A stretch of 64,000 nucleotides of DNA from an uncultured virus (IMG/VR IMGVR_UViG_3300027782_000071) (taxonomy: Duplodnaviria > Heunggongvirae > Uroviricota > Caudoviricetes): IMG/VR virus record IMGVR_UViG_3300027782_000071, positions 1 through 64,000 of that record. The stretch is one strand, 5' to 3'. The notes under the pieces were generated by a model. The model was not told the origin of the DNA. It made no database searches and was given only the letters and a program-made list of their open reading frames with translations. The translations under genes and the position numbers were made by a program. Positions within the stretch are counted from its first letter, which is position 1. Each line of letters starts with the position of its first letter. Positions 43,957 through 54,728 of this stretch are shown in pieces.

Positions 43957-44669
43957 AGGATTACCATTTTTTGATGACCGACACGAACTTTTGGATTGCA
44001 CCAGATTTCAAATCCATGATCTCTGATATCTTCACACATAGCAACATCTTCAGAACACATATCTTCAAGAACAATTCCATCTTCACGAATGAGTTGAACT
44101 TTCTTTGGTGCAAACCAAGGATAAGGAATCTTTTCAAAGATACCTTTCTTCATCAGAACCCAACCAAATCCACAGTATTCAATCTTAAATGGTTCTGAGC
44201 GGCGTTGCATATCTTCAATCGTTTCAAAATAATAAGAACCCTTCTCAAGAAGAAGTTTCTTATCCATATTCACAACAACAGTTGATTGATTGGATACAGG
44301 AGTTCCATTCGACTGAACATACCATCCAGTAGAAATATCCTTATCCATTTGCAGAAGTTCTATCAGATCTTCTGTCTTAAAAATAATATCACTATCGATC
44401 CACATAATATAGTCATAAGGAACTTGACCCCTCCATGGAGTCAGTAGTGTCCCTGCAAAGTTATCTGCCTGCAGACAATCAGTTCTGGCGAAGTTTACCA
44501 TCGAACTGTATTTCTGCGAAATATAAAAGTTGATTCCCATTTGATTGAGATCAAACAAAAGGCGAATCATCTGAGTCATAAAGGTTCCTGAATATGAAAA
44601 TCCAGGAAGACAGAATGCTATTGTTTTTCCCTTGAAATCATTCTTCGGTTGATTTGAATAATTAAGCAT
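43953..44669 (-). CDS. GT-A fold glycosyltransferase (paralog of neighbour)
   Basis: VNFAR, MWIDSDIIF, GFGWVL, YPWF, SEDVA.C, VGHQK. Confidence 0.8.
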   Translation of the reverse strand: MLNYSNQPKNDFKGKTIAFCLPGFSYSGTFMTQMIRLLFDLNQMGINFYISQKYSSMVNFARTDCLQADNFAGTLLTPWRGQVPYDYIMWIDSDIIFKTEDLIELLQMDKDISTGWYVQSNGTPVSNQSTVVVNMDKKLLLEKGSYYFETIEDMQRRSEPFKIEYCGFGWVLMKKGIFEKIPYPWFAPKKVQLIREDGIVLEDMCSEDVAMCEDIRDHGFEIWCNPKVRVGHQKMVIL

Positions 44670-44691
44670 AAACTAAAGTCATATACTAATG

Positions 44692-44700
44692 ATTATAGCA
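44692..44700 (-). promoter_or_regulatory. Extended -10 promoter heading the glycosylation cluster
   Basis: TGCTATAAT 22 nt upstream of the ATG at 44669. Confidence 0.5.
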
Positions 44701-44714
44701 TATCTAGGCAAGTT

Positions 44715-47700
44715 TTACCACCAGGTTATTTTAACATATCCATTTCCACCCGAAGCACCATCTCCAAATCTATTTTGTTCTTGAGAATATCCTCCACCAC
44801 CTCCACCACCTCCACGAGTTCCAGCGCCACCATCTCCTGCCACAGATTGTGTTGTGGATGATGCAGTAGCAAGAGTTCCCGAAGGTCCAGCAGCAACAAA
44901 TGAGGACCCATAAATCAATCTTGTAATATTAGTCGTACCAAATCCAGAAGATCTTACAATCCATGCGATTGCATCAGTTGAAGATCTGATTGCCCCACCA
45001 ACACTACCAGCAACATAAATGTTATTAGTATAAGCAAGAGCATTAATCGCGGATGTACCAAATCCTGATGTTCTTAACGACCAAGTAATCGTATCCGTTG
45101 AAGTACTTAAGATTCCATTGTTTCCAGCAGCAACATAAGCACCGCCTAGACCACCATAGGTAAAGGCATTAATCGCTGTTGTAGTAAATGTATTAAATCC
45201 AGAAGTTCTTATGGCCCAGTTGATATTATCAGTAGAGATCATAATATTGTATTCATTCAGAATATTTGTTGCTGATGCTACTGTGTAAAGTCCTTCTGAA
45301 TCTAAAGCAGTGATTGATGTAGTATTATTTGCAGTTGTTCTAACTGTCCAGGTTATCGTATCTGTGGATGCTTGCAATAATCCGCCAGTACCGTAAGAAA
45401 GTAAAAGAGTTTGAGTAGAAGTTGCAATAGTCCCACCTCCACCACCGATTACATAAAGGTTATTGCCATAAGCACCACAAAAAATTGATGTTGCACCAAA
45501 CCCAGATGTTCTTAATGCCCAAGTAATACCATCGGTCGATGTTCTTTGTTGTCCATTTGTCGTTGCAATATAAAGACCATCATTATAAGTTAATCCATAG
45601 GAGTTAATAGCATTTATAAATCCAGTAGTTCTTAATATCCAGTTAATAGTATCGGTTGAAGTTGCAAGGTATGTTGAGTTGCCTGAAGCAACTATAAATG
45701 TATTTGTTGGCAAAGATCCATAAACTGAAGAGAATAATTGAGAACCTGGGGATCCAGAAGTTCTTAAGGTCCAAGAAATCGTATCTGTAGAAGTTGCGAT
45801 ACCACCAGATCCACCAGTTGTATACAAATAAACTCCATTTCCATATGTAAATGTATAGGCATAAGATGGAAATATAGCGGTTCTCAATTGCCAATTAATA
45901 TTATCAGTAGATGCTGCTAAGAAATAATTTGTACTGAAGATTGAGTCATTTCCCCACCCTAAAGTAAAAGCACCAGCGGAAGAAAATCCACCAGTTGAAC
46001 CAAAATTTTCAGTTCCTAATGGTGCAGTTCTTGTGGTCCAAGATACAGAATCAGTTGATGCTCTTAAAAATGCTCCATTACCATAAGAACTTAAAATTGT
46101 TTGAGTTGATGTTACCAAAGTACCAGAAGCACCTCCCATTATATAAGTATCAGTTCCATAAGCAAGTGTATTAATATCAGAAATGCCAAATCCAGAAGTT
46201 CTTAAAATCCAAGTAATCGCATCAGTAGAAGTTCGAGTGGTTCCAGATGCACCAGCAGCAACATAAAGATTACTATTATAAGCAAGAGTACTAATTGTGG
46301 ATGCACCAAATCCTGATGTTCTTAAAGTCCAATTAATAGTATCTGTTGAAGTATTTAATATTCCATTGTTACCACCAGCAACATAAACGATCCCATAACC
46401 AAAAGCATTAATCGCCGTCGCACCAAATCCAGAAGTTCTTAAAACCCAGTTAATGTTATCTGTAGAAACAATTAAATTACCACTAATATTTCCTGAACTT
46501 ACACCAGAAGCAAAAGAATAAGAACCACCAGAACCTAATGTAACAATATCTACAATCTGGGAATAAGTTCTCAAAGACCAAGATATTGAATCTGTAGAAG
46601 CACTCAAAAGTGAATAGATAGGATCAACAGAAGAGGCAGTTGATAGAGTGTTTGTTGCGTTAGATGCTATTAAAAATAGATTATTCCCAAAAGTAGATGC
46701 AAAAATTACTGTAGTACCGAAACCAGAACCTCTTAGAGTCCAAGTAATACCATCTGTAGAAGATGAATTAGTTCCAGAAGCGCCACCAGCGCCATAGGTA
46801 TTATTACCATAAGAAAGTGTATTAATCTGAGAAGTACCAAATCCAGAAGTTCTTAAAGTCCAAGCAATTGTATCTGTTGAAGATAATAAGGTTCCAGAAG
46901 CACCCCCAACAACATAAAGATTTGATCCATTATAAGCAAGTGTAAGAATATTGGAAGTACCAAACCCAGAGGTTCTCATAGTCCAAGCAATCGCATCCGT
47001 TGATACCGATATTGCACCACCAGCAGTTGCAGCAATGTAAGCATTGCTTCCATAAACAACAGCACTAATTGAAGATGTACCAAACCCTGTTGTTCTCAAA
47101 GTCCATTGAATAGCATTTGTAGAAGATATTAATCCTGCTATTCCACCAGATCTACCGCCAACATATTTTTCTGTTGGTGTTACACTATATGCGAGAGTAG
47201 AAACCACTCCACCACCAAGAAATCCACCAGTTCTTAAAGTCCAGTTAATTGTATCTGTTGAAGTTCTTATCTGTGGCCAAGAATCTCCAACAACATAGAT
47301 ACCGCCACCGAAGACCATCGTTTGCATAATTGATGCTGGGGCCGCGTTTGCAGAAGTTCTTAAAACCCATTGAATAGCATTTGTAGAAACTTGAACAGAA
47401 GCATTTGTTCCATAACCACCAGCAAGATAGAATCCATTACCAAATGTAAGAGCACCAAGACCCGTTGAAGTTCCAACAACTGTTCTCTGAGTCCATACTA
47501 ATGGTTCCCCTCGACTATTAATTAAATATTCACCATTAAAGTAAGTAGAACTAACAATACCAGTTGATCCAAATCCTGATGTTCTTAAAGTCCAAGAGAT
47601 TGTATCTGTTGAAGATATTAATGTTCCAAGAGATTCTCCCATATAGTTTGTTGTTGCTGCAACATAATAACTACTACTTGAAGCAAGAGTAGTAATTGAT

Positions 47701-50700
47701 TGAGTATTAGTGACCGTTGTTCTTAAGATCCAAGTAATTGCATCAGTAGAAGCAGCAAAATATGCTCCAGTACCAAACGAAGATAAGATTGTTTGAGTTG
47801 ATGTGACAATCACACCCGCAGCTGCGGCAGCAACATAGTTGGTTCCGTCAGATGCCATTTCAACAAAATCTTGTACTGTTCCAGAAGTTCTAGTAATCCA
47901 AGTGATTGTATCTGTAGAAGTTGCGATTCTTCCTCCAACAGACGCAGTAACATAAAGATTACTATTATATACTAAACCATATATTCCACTTGTACCAAAT
48001 CCAGAAGTTCTTAATACCCATTCAATACCATTCGTTGAAGATACTATTGAACCAGAGTTACTAGTGGCAGTATAAGTACTTGATACATAAACTATATTTG
48101 TACAACCTCCACTCATAGGTGATGTTCTTGTTGTCCAAGCAATTCCATCTGTGGATGCTCTTAAAAGTGGTCCACTACCTCCAACATAATAGTCAGATCC
48201 ATCATAAATAGCAGATACAATGCTAGATGTTCCAAATCCAGAAGTTCTGATTGTCCAGGCAATAGAATTGGTAGAAGAACTTAATCTACCACTTTGCCCA
48301 GCAATAATATATTTTTCAGTTTCACTAGACCCATAGGAAATAGATCCAATCCAAGAAGTTCCAAATCCTGATGTTCTCAAAAACCAAGAAATCGTATCCG
48401 TAGAAGTAAGAAGACCTCCAGAAGTTACAGCACCACCAACAATAAAGTAGTTAGTTCCATCATAAGTTCCAGATTGTGTATCAAAAAATGGTGCTATAAC
48501 AGGAGATGTTCTTGCGGTCCAGGACACACCATCTGTTGATGCTCTCAAAAATCCAGTGGATGTTACTGCAGCAACATAAAGACCATTTCCATATATTAAT
48601 CCTTGTATTGTGGAAGTACCAAATCCTGAAGTTCTTAAAGTCCACATTACTGAGGGTGAATTTCCACCAACATAATAATTCGTACCTTTGAAACCAGATG
48701 CATTAATTGAACCAATAGTTCCAGAAGTTCTTAGAGTCCAAGTAATAGATGTAGAACTTCCTCCAATTAAATATTCACCATTAAAATATGAATAAAAATT
48801 GATTCCACTGGATCCAAATCCAGAACTTCTTAATGACCAAGATACTCCATCTGTTGATGTAGAGATAAGACCACCAGCAATTCCATTAGATCCTCCAATC
48901 AAAAACGAAGTTCCACCATAAATTGCATGAAAAATAGTAGGACTTGCCCCAAATCCAGAAGTTCTTAAAGTCCAAGTAACTAATGTTGATGCAGCACCAC
49001 CAATCAGAAACTCATTATTAGAATAAGTAACTGCACTAATCGTAGTTGTTCCAAATCCAGTGGTTCGTGCGATCCAGGTGATATTATCTGTAGAAGCAAT
49101 CAAAGCAGTCTGAGAAATATAGTTTGTTCCCGCCGCAACATAGTAACTATTACTTGTAGATAATAATGTGATTGTTTGAATATTGGAGTTAGTTCTTAAA
49201 GTCCAAGATACTCCATCAGTCGAAGCAGTTAGTAATCCACCATTTCCAAGAGAACTTAAAGTACTTTGTGTCGAAACTGCTAAAGTTCCTATATTACCAC
49301 TAGCAATATAAGTGTTGTTATTATAAAAAATACTTAACATATTACTATTTAAGTTTGAAGTTCTCAAAATCCAAGTAATACCATCAGTTGAAGTTGTATT
49401 GGTTGGTCCTGCTCCGCCAGCAGTAAAAATACCACCATTATAAGCGATGGTATAGATTATATTAGAACCAAATCCAGCAGTTCTTAAAGTCCAAGAAATG
49501 GTATCGGTGGATGTTGAAAGATATCCAGATGTTCCACCACCAACATAAAGATTAGATCCATTATAAGCAAATGTATAGATGTTTTGCGTCGTTCCAGATG
49601 TTCTCAATATCCAAACAGTCGCATTAGTGGATACGAGAATCTGTGCTGGAGAAGAACTTGGTGAAACAACATAAGGATTTGAAGCGCCAGTTGCATAGGT
49701 AAATGCAGCAGAATAACTCGTTACCGCTGTTGGTAAAGTTGCACTTTGAGTCCAAATAATAGAATCCGTAGAGTTAATAAAGATTGGTGGATTTGTGTTT
49801 GAACTCAAAATAGAAAATCTACCATCCACATAAAGCATACTTGAATATTGTGCCGCAGTAAATCCAGCAGTTCTTACCGTCCAGGTAATCGCATCAGTTG
49901 AAGCAGTGATCCACTGACCATTGCCACAAGCAACATATCTTCCAACACCATAAGCAACAGATCCAATCGCTGTTGTACCAAATCCAGAGGTTCTTAAAGT
50001 CCAAGTGATAGCATCTGTCGAAGACGCAAGAACTCCAGATTGAGCACAATAAAGATAAAGTGATGATCCATCATAAGTAATCGGATATCCACCAGTGGTA
50101 AATCCACCAGGACCAATATTGGCAGATACTTGACCAGAAGTTCTTAAGACCCAGGTAATAGTTGGTGTAAATCCTCCAGCAACATGGAAACTATTACCAT
50201 ATGTAAGCGCAGCAATCGCGGTTGTACCGAATCCAGAAGTTCTTAAATACCAACTATTGATTCCAGTCGAAAGTGCTCCTCCACCTCCACCACCAGATCC
50301 AATGTTTCCAGTATAAGATCCAGGAATACCATCAATGCCATTACCACCAGAAGCACTTCCTGCAGTATTATATGCATTTCTATAATAATATGTTAGAGAG
50401 TTTCCACCCGCTCTTGTATTAAATGCACCACCACCGCCACCAGTAACTTGATATGTATTTGATTGAATTGCATTGTTTACACTTGCCCATGATGTTAATC
50501 CAGCACCACCAGCAAGACCAGCAGTAGTATAAAGTGGGTTTAAAGTCACTGCGGCTGCGGCACCTGCAGTTCCTGCAGTTACATCGGATGAAGATGCTCC
50601 AGTTCCTCCAGAAGATGTTAAGGTATAAGTAGCGGTTCCTGTTGGAGATTTTCCAGTCCAAGTTAGGGTTGTATTTCCACCAGATGTGGGTGTAATTAAT

Positions 50701-53700
50701 AATCCCGATCCCCCAGCAAGAAAAACAGTTCCATAAGTAAGACCATAAAGTGAAGTTAATGCACTATTTGTTCTTAAAGTCCAAGTAATCGCATCAGTTG
50801 ATGTTACAGTAGTACCACCATACTGATTGACAAAAATTCCAGAATTATAAATTACTCGATAAGATCCAATAGCATTTGGAGTAGTTCTAATTGTCCATCT
50901 AATTGTATCTGTGGAACTTGCAAGTTTATTAAATCCCGCTGCAATATGAATTCCATTACCATATGCCAAATTGTTAAGTTGCTCTGCACCAATTCCAGAT
51001 GTTCTTGCAGTCCAACGAATAGCATCAGTTGATACAAAAATATTACCATTAAGATCCCCAACAATATATGGAGTTGATTCCGAAGATACATAATTTGATG
51101 AAAGTATTGAACTTGATCCACCACAAGTTCTAATTGTCCAAGTAATAGCATCGGGACTTGTGATTATTGCCCCATTAACACCAGTCATAACATAAGTTCC
51201 ACTTGGTGCAGTACCATACATTAAAGAATATTGGGTAGAGTTTGGAATTCCACTAACTCTTATAGTCCAAACAATCGCATCAGTGGATGTCCCATAATAA
51301 CTTGGAAATATTCCAACATCAGTTCCAAAAACATATAATGATCCCGAATAAATCAAAAGTGGGCCACCCCCTAAACTTCGTCCAATTCGAGTTGTTCCAA
51401 ATCCAGATGTTCTCAAAATCCAAGTATTTGTATCAACAGATGTTGCAATTGTTCCAGAATCTCCAACTGCAACATAAAGAGAATTTCCATATACAAGATG
51501 ATTAATTGTAGTTGCTCCAAAAGCACTGTTTGTTCTGGTCCAAATAATCCCATCAGTACTACTAATCATTGTTTTAATATTACCACCAGTTCCTCCAGTA
51601 CCTGGAGTTACTGTGATTGTGGGCGCATCTCCAAATTCTAGACGACGAATCAACCAAGAGTTATAAGCACCACCACCTCCTCCACCACCAGATCCAACAG
51701 TTCCAGTTGCTTTTCCTGCTGCTCCGCCTCCACCAGCACCGATTGCTTCAATATAAATCTGAGATGCTGTTGGAGGAATATAAAAAGTTTGTGCTCCTGA
51801 TGCAGTAAACTCCTGATATCCTCGATATATTGGAGAACCGATTGTACTAGATGTAGAGTTAATCGTTTGCCACTGTTTTGCAGTTATATTGGAAACCGCA
51901 AGAGTTCCAGATACACCACCAGCAACAATCGAAGAACCATAAACAGAAGTTGTGATTGAAGTAGATCCAAATCCACTAACTCTCGAAATCCAAGAGATTC
52001 CATCTGTAGATATTGCTAGTGTTCCCGCAGAACCAAAGGCAACAAATTGGGTTCCACCATAAAATAAACTATTAATCGCCGTCGTACCAAATCCAGTTGT
52101 TCTTAAAGTCCAAGAGATTGTATCTGTAGAAGTTCTTAAGAGACCAGCATTGCCAGCAATAGTATAAGTATTATTACCATAACCAAAAGCATTAATCGCC
52201 GTCGCACCAAATCCAGAAGTTCTTAAAACCCAGTTAATGTTATCTGTAGAAACATTTAAAAATCCAACTTCACCCATATAGTTGGTTCCATGAGCAAAAG
52301 CATAAGAACCACCAGAACCTAGTGCAGTGATTGCTAGTGTATTAACTGCAGTTGTTCTAGAAGTCCAAGAAACTCCATCAGTTGATGCCCGTAAAAGTGC
52401 TCCAGTTCCAAATGAAGATAAGATTGTTTGATTGGAAGTTTGTATGTCTCCAGTATTAGTACCAAAGACATAGATATCATTTCCAACTCCAATCGTCGAT
52501 ATTGCAGTTGTACCAAATCCAGAAGTTCTTAAGACCCAAGTAATCGTATCAGTCGATGTTACAGTACTTCCATTTTGACCAGCACCTACATAGACTCCAT
52601 TATTATAAGTAAGTTGTAATAGTGATGTAGATCCGAGTCCAGAAGTTCTTAAGACCCAATGAATCGCATTCGTTGAAACGGTTATATATGTTGCACCACA
52701 TCCAAGATATAGATTATTTGCATAGATTAATCCAACTAATGAGTTACCAGCACCAATCGCAGTAGTTCGAATCACCCAAGCAATCGAATCTGTGGAAGAT
52801 GATGTGAATGATGGTACAGATGCAACATATTTTTCAGTTGCATTTTGCCCATATGCCAAAGCATTAATGGTACTTGTACCAAATCCTGTTGTTCTTAAGG
52901 TCCAAGAAATAGTATCTGTCGAAGATATAATAGTACCAGATGATCCTCCAGTAACATAAAGACTTCCACTATATACGAATGTTGGTCCACTATTACCAAC
53001 ACTGTTTCCCAGAGTGGCAGTTGTTCCAACGGTTCTCGCTGTCCAGTTAATACTATCAGTCGAAACAAGAACATTACCTTGATTCAAATAGTTATTTGAT
53101 GTTGCAAGATAATATCCACCACCAGATGTTAAGGCAGTAATACCTTGAGTGTTGAGTCCTGCAGTTCTTAATGCCCAAGAAATAGTATCGGTTGAAGCCC
53201 TTAAAATTGCACCATTACCAATCGATCCCAAAATACTTGTCGTTGATGTTGAAATTGTAGGTACTGAAAATCCAGGTCCTGCCACCACAAAAGTATTATT
53301 ACCATAAGTGGAGGTATATATTGTAGATGTACCAAATCCAGAAGTTCGTGCAATCCAAGTAATCGCATCAGTTGATGTTGCAGTATTTCCACCAGCACCA
53401 CTCGCATTAAAAATTCCATTACCATAGGTCAATGCATACACATTGGCACCCATTGTACCTACAGTTCTTAAAACCCAACTAATACAATCCGTAGATGATG
53501 CAATATTAAACCCACCGATAACATATAAAGAATTTCCATAAGTGGAAGTAAAAATTGCATTAGCAGGAAATCCAGTGGTTCTTAAAACCCAGTTAATTCC
53601 ATCAGTGGAAGATGAAAATGATCTAGCAACATTAGTAGTTACGCCATATGTATTGATTGGGGTATTCCCATAAACAATTGAATATATGCTAACAAATCCC

Positions 53701-54701
53701 AATCCAGTTGATCTTGCAAACCAACTAATTGAATCGGTAGAAGTTGAGAAATAACCTCCACTACCACCCACAAGATAAACTCCATTTCCATAATTGATGA
53801 GAGGTCCAACATCAATAGCATTTGAATAATCTAAAGTAGTTCCAGAAGTTCTCTTAGTCCAAAAAATACCATCTGTCGAAACTGTTATGGATCCAGCAAG
53901 ACCAGTAGCAACATATAAATTATTACCATATCCAACATTATGAAGAGCAGTTGTACCATATCCCGTAGTTCTCGAAACCCAATTGACTGCATCGGTTGAA
54001 GTTAATAATACTGCTCCCGTTCCTCCTGCAAGATAAAGATTGTTTCCATATCCTAAAGAGTATGGAGTAAATACTGTACCAAAAGTTCTTTGAGTCCAGG
54101 TTGTATAATCAGCATACCCACCAGCAAGATAGATTCCATTATTATATGCGATACTATAAATCGCTGTTGTACCAAATCCTGAAGTTCTTAAAGTCCAAGA
54201 AACGGTTTCTGCTCTACCAGCAATCAAATATTCATTGTTAAAATATATTGATTTTGCAATATTAGTTGTACCAAATCCTGATGTTCTTAAAGACCAGGAA
54301 ACAGAATCAGTTGAAGAAGTTAAGGTTCCAGAAACTCCAGAAGCAACATAATTTGTTCCTGAAGATGCTAAGTTATTGATCGCGGAAGTACCGAATCCTG
54401 ATGTTCTTAAGGACCAGGAAACAGTATCGGTTGAAGTTGTTAATGTTCCAGAATCTCCACCATTAACATAAACAGTTCCATAAGTCGCAGCATTAATATT
54501 AGTAGTACCAAATCCAGAAGTTCTAAGTGTCCAGTAAAATGCTCCAGGATAAACACTTAAAAACTTACCACCATTTCCAGATACAGATGGATATATTGGA
54601 GTACCAGTTAATACAGCATCTGCATAAGTCTTATTTGCCGCATCTGTTGTATTAACTACTGTACTAATACCAGTAATATTATTGCTGCCTAATATTGCCA
54701 T
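44715..54701 (-). CDS. 3328-aa giant adhesin/fibre: Gly-rich scaffold carrying ten nested 7-repeat (beta-propeller-like, Asp-box/BNR) units
   Basis: 70 copies of STD.I.W..RT(SGFG); split Gly-rich domain (YQEFT...IGAGGGG ... GGNGYVKITWW). Confidence 0.8.
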   Translation of the reverse strand: MAILGSNNITGISTVVNTTDAANKTYADAVLTGTPIYPSVSGNGGKFLSVYPGAFYWTLRTSGFGTTNINAATYGTVYVNGGDSGTLTTSTDTVSWSLRTSGFGTSAINNLASSGTNYVASGVSGTLTSSTDSVSWSLRTSGFGTTNIAKSIYFNNEYLIAGRAETVSWTLRTSGFGTTAIYSIAYNNGIYLAGGYADYTTWTQRTFGTVFTPYSLGYGNNLYLAGGTGAVLLTSTDAVNWVSRTTGYGTTALHNVGYGNNLYVATGLAGSITVSTDGIFWTKRTSGTTLDYSNAIDVGPLINYGNGVYLVGGSGGYFSTSTDSISWFARSTGLGFVSIYSIVYGNTPINTYGVTTNVARSFSSSTDGINWVLRTTGFPANAIFTSTYGNSLYVIGGFNIASSTDCISWVLRTVGTMGANVYALTYGNGIFNASGAGGNTATSTDAITWIARTSGFGTSTIYTSTYGNNTFVVAGPGFSVPTISTSTTSILGSIGNGAILRASTDTISWALRTAGLNTQGITALTSGGGYYLATSNNYLNQGNVLVSTDSINWTARTVGTTATLGNSVGNSGPTFVYSGSLYVTGGSSGTIISSTDTISWTLRTTGFGTSTINALAYGQNATEKYVASVPSFTSSSTDSIAWVIRTTAIGAGNSLVGLIYANNLYLGCGATYITVSTNAIHWVLRTSGLGSTSLLQLTYNNGVYVGAGQNGSTVTSTDTITWVLRTSGFGTTAISTIGVGNDIYVFGTNTGDIQTSNQTILSSFGTGALLRASTDGVSWTSRTTAVNTLAITALGSGGSYAFAHGTNYMGEVGFLNVSTDNINWVLRTSGFGATAINAFGYGNNTYTIAGNAGLLRTSTDTISWTLRTTGFGTTAINSLFYGGTQFVAFGSAGTLAISTDGISWISRVSGFGSTSITTSVYGSSIVAGGVSGTLAVSNITAKQWQTINSTSSTIGSPIYRGYQEFTASGAQTFYIPPTASQIYIEAIGAGGGGAAGKATGTVGSGGGGGGGAYNSWLIRRLEFGDAPTITVTPGTGGTGGNIKTMISSTDGIIWTRTNSAFGATTINHLVYGNSLYVAVGDSGTIATSVDTNTWILRTSGFGTTRIGRSLGGGPLLIYSGSLYVFGTDVGIFPSYYGTSTDAIVWTIRVSGIPNSTQYSLMYGTAPSGTYVMTGVNGAIITSPDAITWTIRTCGGSSSILSSNYVSSESTPYIVGDLNGNIFVSTDAIRWTARTSGIGAEQLNNLAYGNGIHIAAGFNKLASSTDTIRWTIRTTPNAIGSYRVIYNSGIFVNQYGGTTVTSTDAITWTLRTNSALTSLYGLTYGTVFLAGGSGLLITPTSGGNTTLTWTGKSPTGTATYTLTSSGGTGASSSDVTAGTAGAAAAVTLNPLYTTAGLAGGAGLTSWASVNNAIQSNTYQVTGGGGGAFNTRAGGNSLTYYYRNAYNTAGSASGGNGIDGIPGSYTGNIGSGGGGGGALSTGINSWYLRTSGFGTTAIAALTYGNSFHVAGGFTPTITWVLRTSGQVSANIGPGGFTTGGYPITYDGSSLYLYCAQSGVLASSTDAITWTLRTSGFGTTAIGSVAYGVGRYVACGNGQWITASTDAITWTVRTAGFTAAQYSSMLYVDGRFSILSSNTNPPIFINSTDSIIWTQSATLPTAVTSYSAAFTYATGASNPYVVSPSSSPAQILVSTNATVWILRTSGTTQNIYTFAYNGSNLYVGGGTSGYLSTSTDTISWTLRTAGFGSNIIYTIAYNGGIFTAGGAGPTNTTSTDGITWILRTSNLNSNMLSIFYNNNTYIASGNIGTLAVSTQSTLSSLGNGGLLTASTDGVSWTLRTNSNIQTITLLSTSNSYYVAAGTNYISQTALIASTDNITWIARTTGFGTTTISAVTYSNNEFLIGGAASTLVTWTLRTSGFGASPTIFHAIYGGTSFLIGGSNGIAGGLISTSTDGVSWSLRSSGFGSSGINFYSYFNGEYLIGGSSTSITWTLRTSGTIGSINASGFKGTNYYVGGNSPSVMWTLRTSGFGTSTIQGLIYGNGLYVAAVTSTGFLRASTDGVSWTARTSPVIAPFFDTQSGTYDGTNYFIVGGAVTSGGLLTSTDTISWFLRTSGFGTSWIGSISYGSSETEKYIIAGQSGRLSSSTNSIAWTIRTSGFGTSSIVSAIYDGSDYYVGGSGPLLRASTDGIAWTTRTSPMSGGCTNIVYVSSTYTATSNSGSIVSSTNGIEWVLRTSGFGTSGIYGLVYNSNLYVTASVGGRIATSTDTITWITRTSGTVQDFVEMASDGTNYVAAAAAGVIVTSTQTILSSFGTGAYFAASTDAITWILRTTVTNTQSITTLASSSSYYVAATTNYMGESLGTLISSTDTISWTLRTSGFGSTGIVSSTYFNGEYLINSRGEPLVWTQRTVVGTSTGLGALTFGNGFYLAGGYGTNASVQVSTNAIQWVLRTSANAAPASIMQTMVFGGGIYVVGDSWPQIRTSTDTINWTLRTGGFLGGGVVSTLAYSVTPTEKYVGGRSGGIAGLISSTNAIQWTLRTTGFGTSSISAVVYGSNAYIAATAGGAISVSTDAIAWTMRTSGFGTSNILTLAYNGSNLYVVGGASGTLLSSTDTIAWTLRTSGFGTSQINTLSYGNNTYGAGGASGTNSSSTDGITWTLRGSGFGTTVIFASTFGNNLFLIASNATNTLSTASSVDPIYSLLSASTDSISWSLRTYSQIVDIVTLGSGGSYSFASGVSSGNISGNLIVSTDNINWVLRTSGFGATAINAFGYGIVYVAGGNNGILNTSTDTINWTLRTSGFGASTISTLAYNSNLYVAAGASGTTRTSTDAITWILRTSGFGISDINTLAYGTDTYIMGGASGTLVTSTQTILSSYGNGAFLRASTDSVSWTTRTAPLGTENFGSTGGFSSAGAFTLGWGNDSIFSTNYFLAASTDNINWQLRTAIFPSYAYTFTYGNGVYLYTTGGSGGIATSTDTISWTLRTSGSPGSQLFSSVYGSLPTNTFIVASGNSTYLATSTDTINWILRTTGFINAINSYGLTYNDGLYIATTNGQQRTSTDGITWALRTSGFGATSIFCGAYGNNLYVIGGGGGTIATSTQTLLLSYGTGGLLQASTDTITWTVRTTANNTTSITALDSEGLYTVASATNILNEYNIMISTDNINWAIRTSGFNTFTTTAINAFTYGGLGGAYVAAGNNGILSTSTDTITWSLRTSGFGTSAINALAYTNNIYVAGSVGGAIRSSTDAIAWIVRSSGFGTTNITRLIYGSSFVAAGPSGTLATASSTTQSVAGDGGAGTRGGGGGGGGYSQEQNRFGDGASGGNGYVKITWW

Positions 54702-54728
54702 TTATTCAACATTAATATAAGTTATTTA

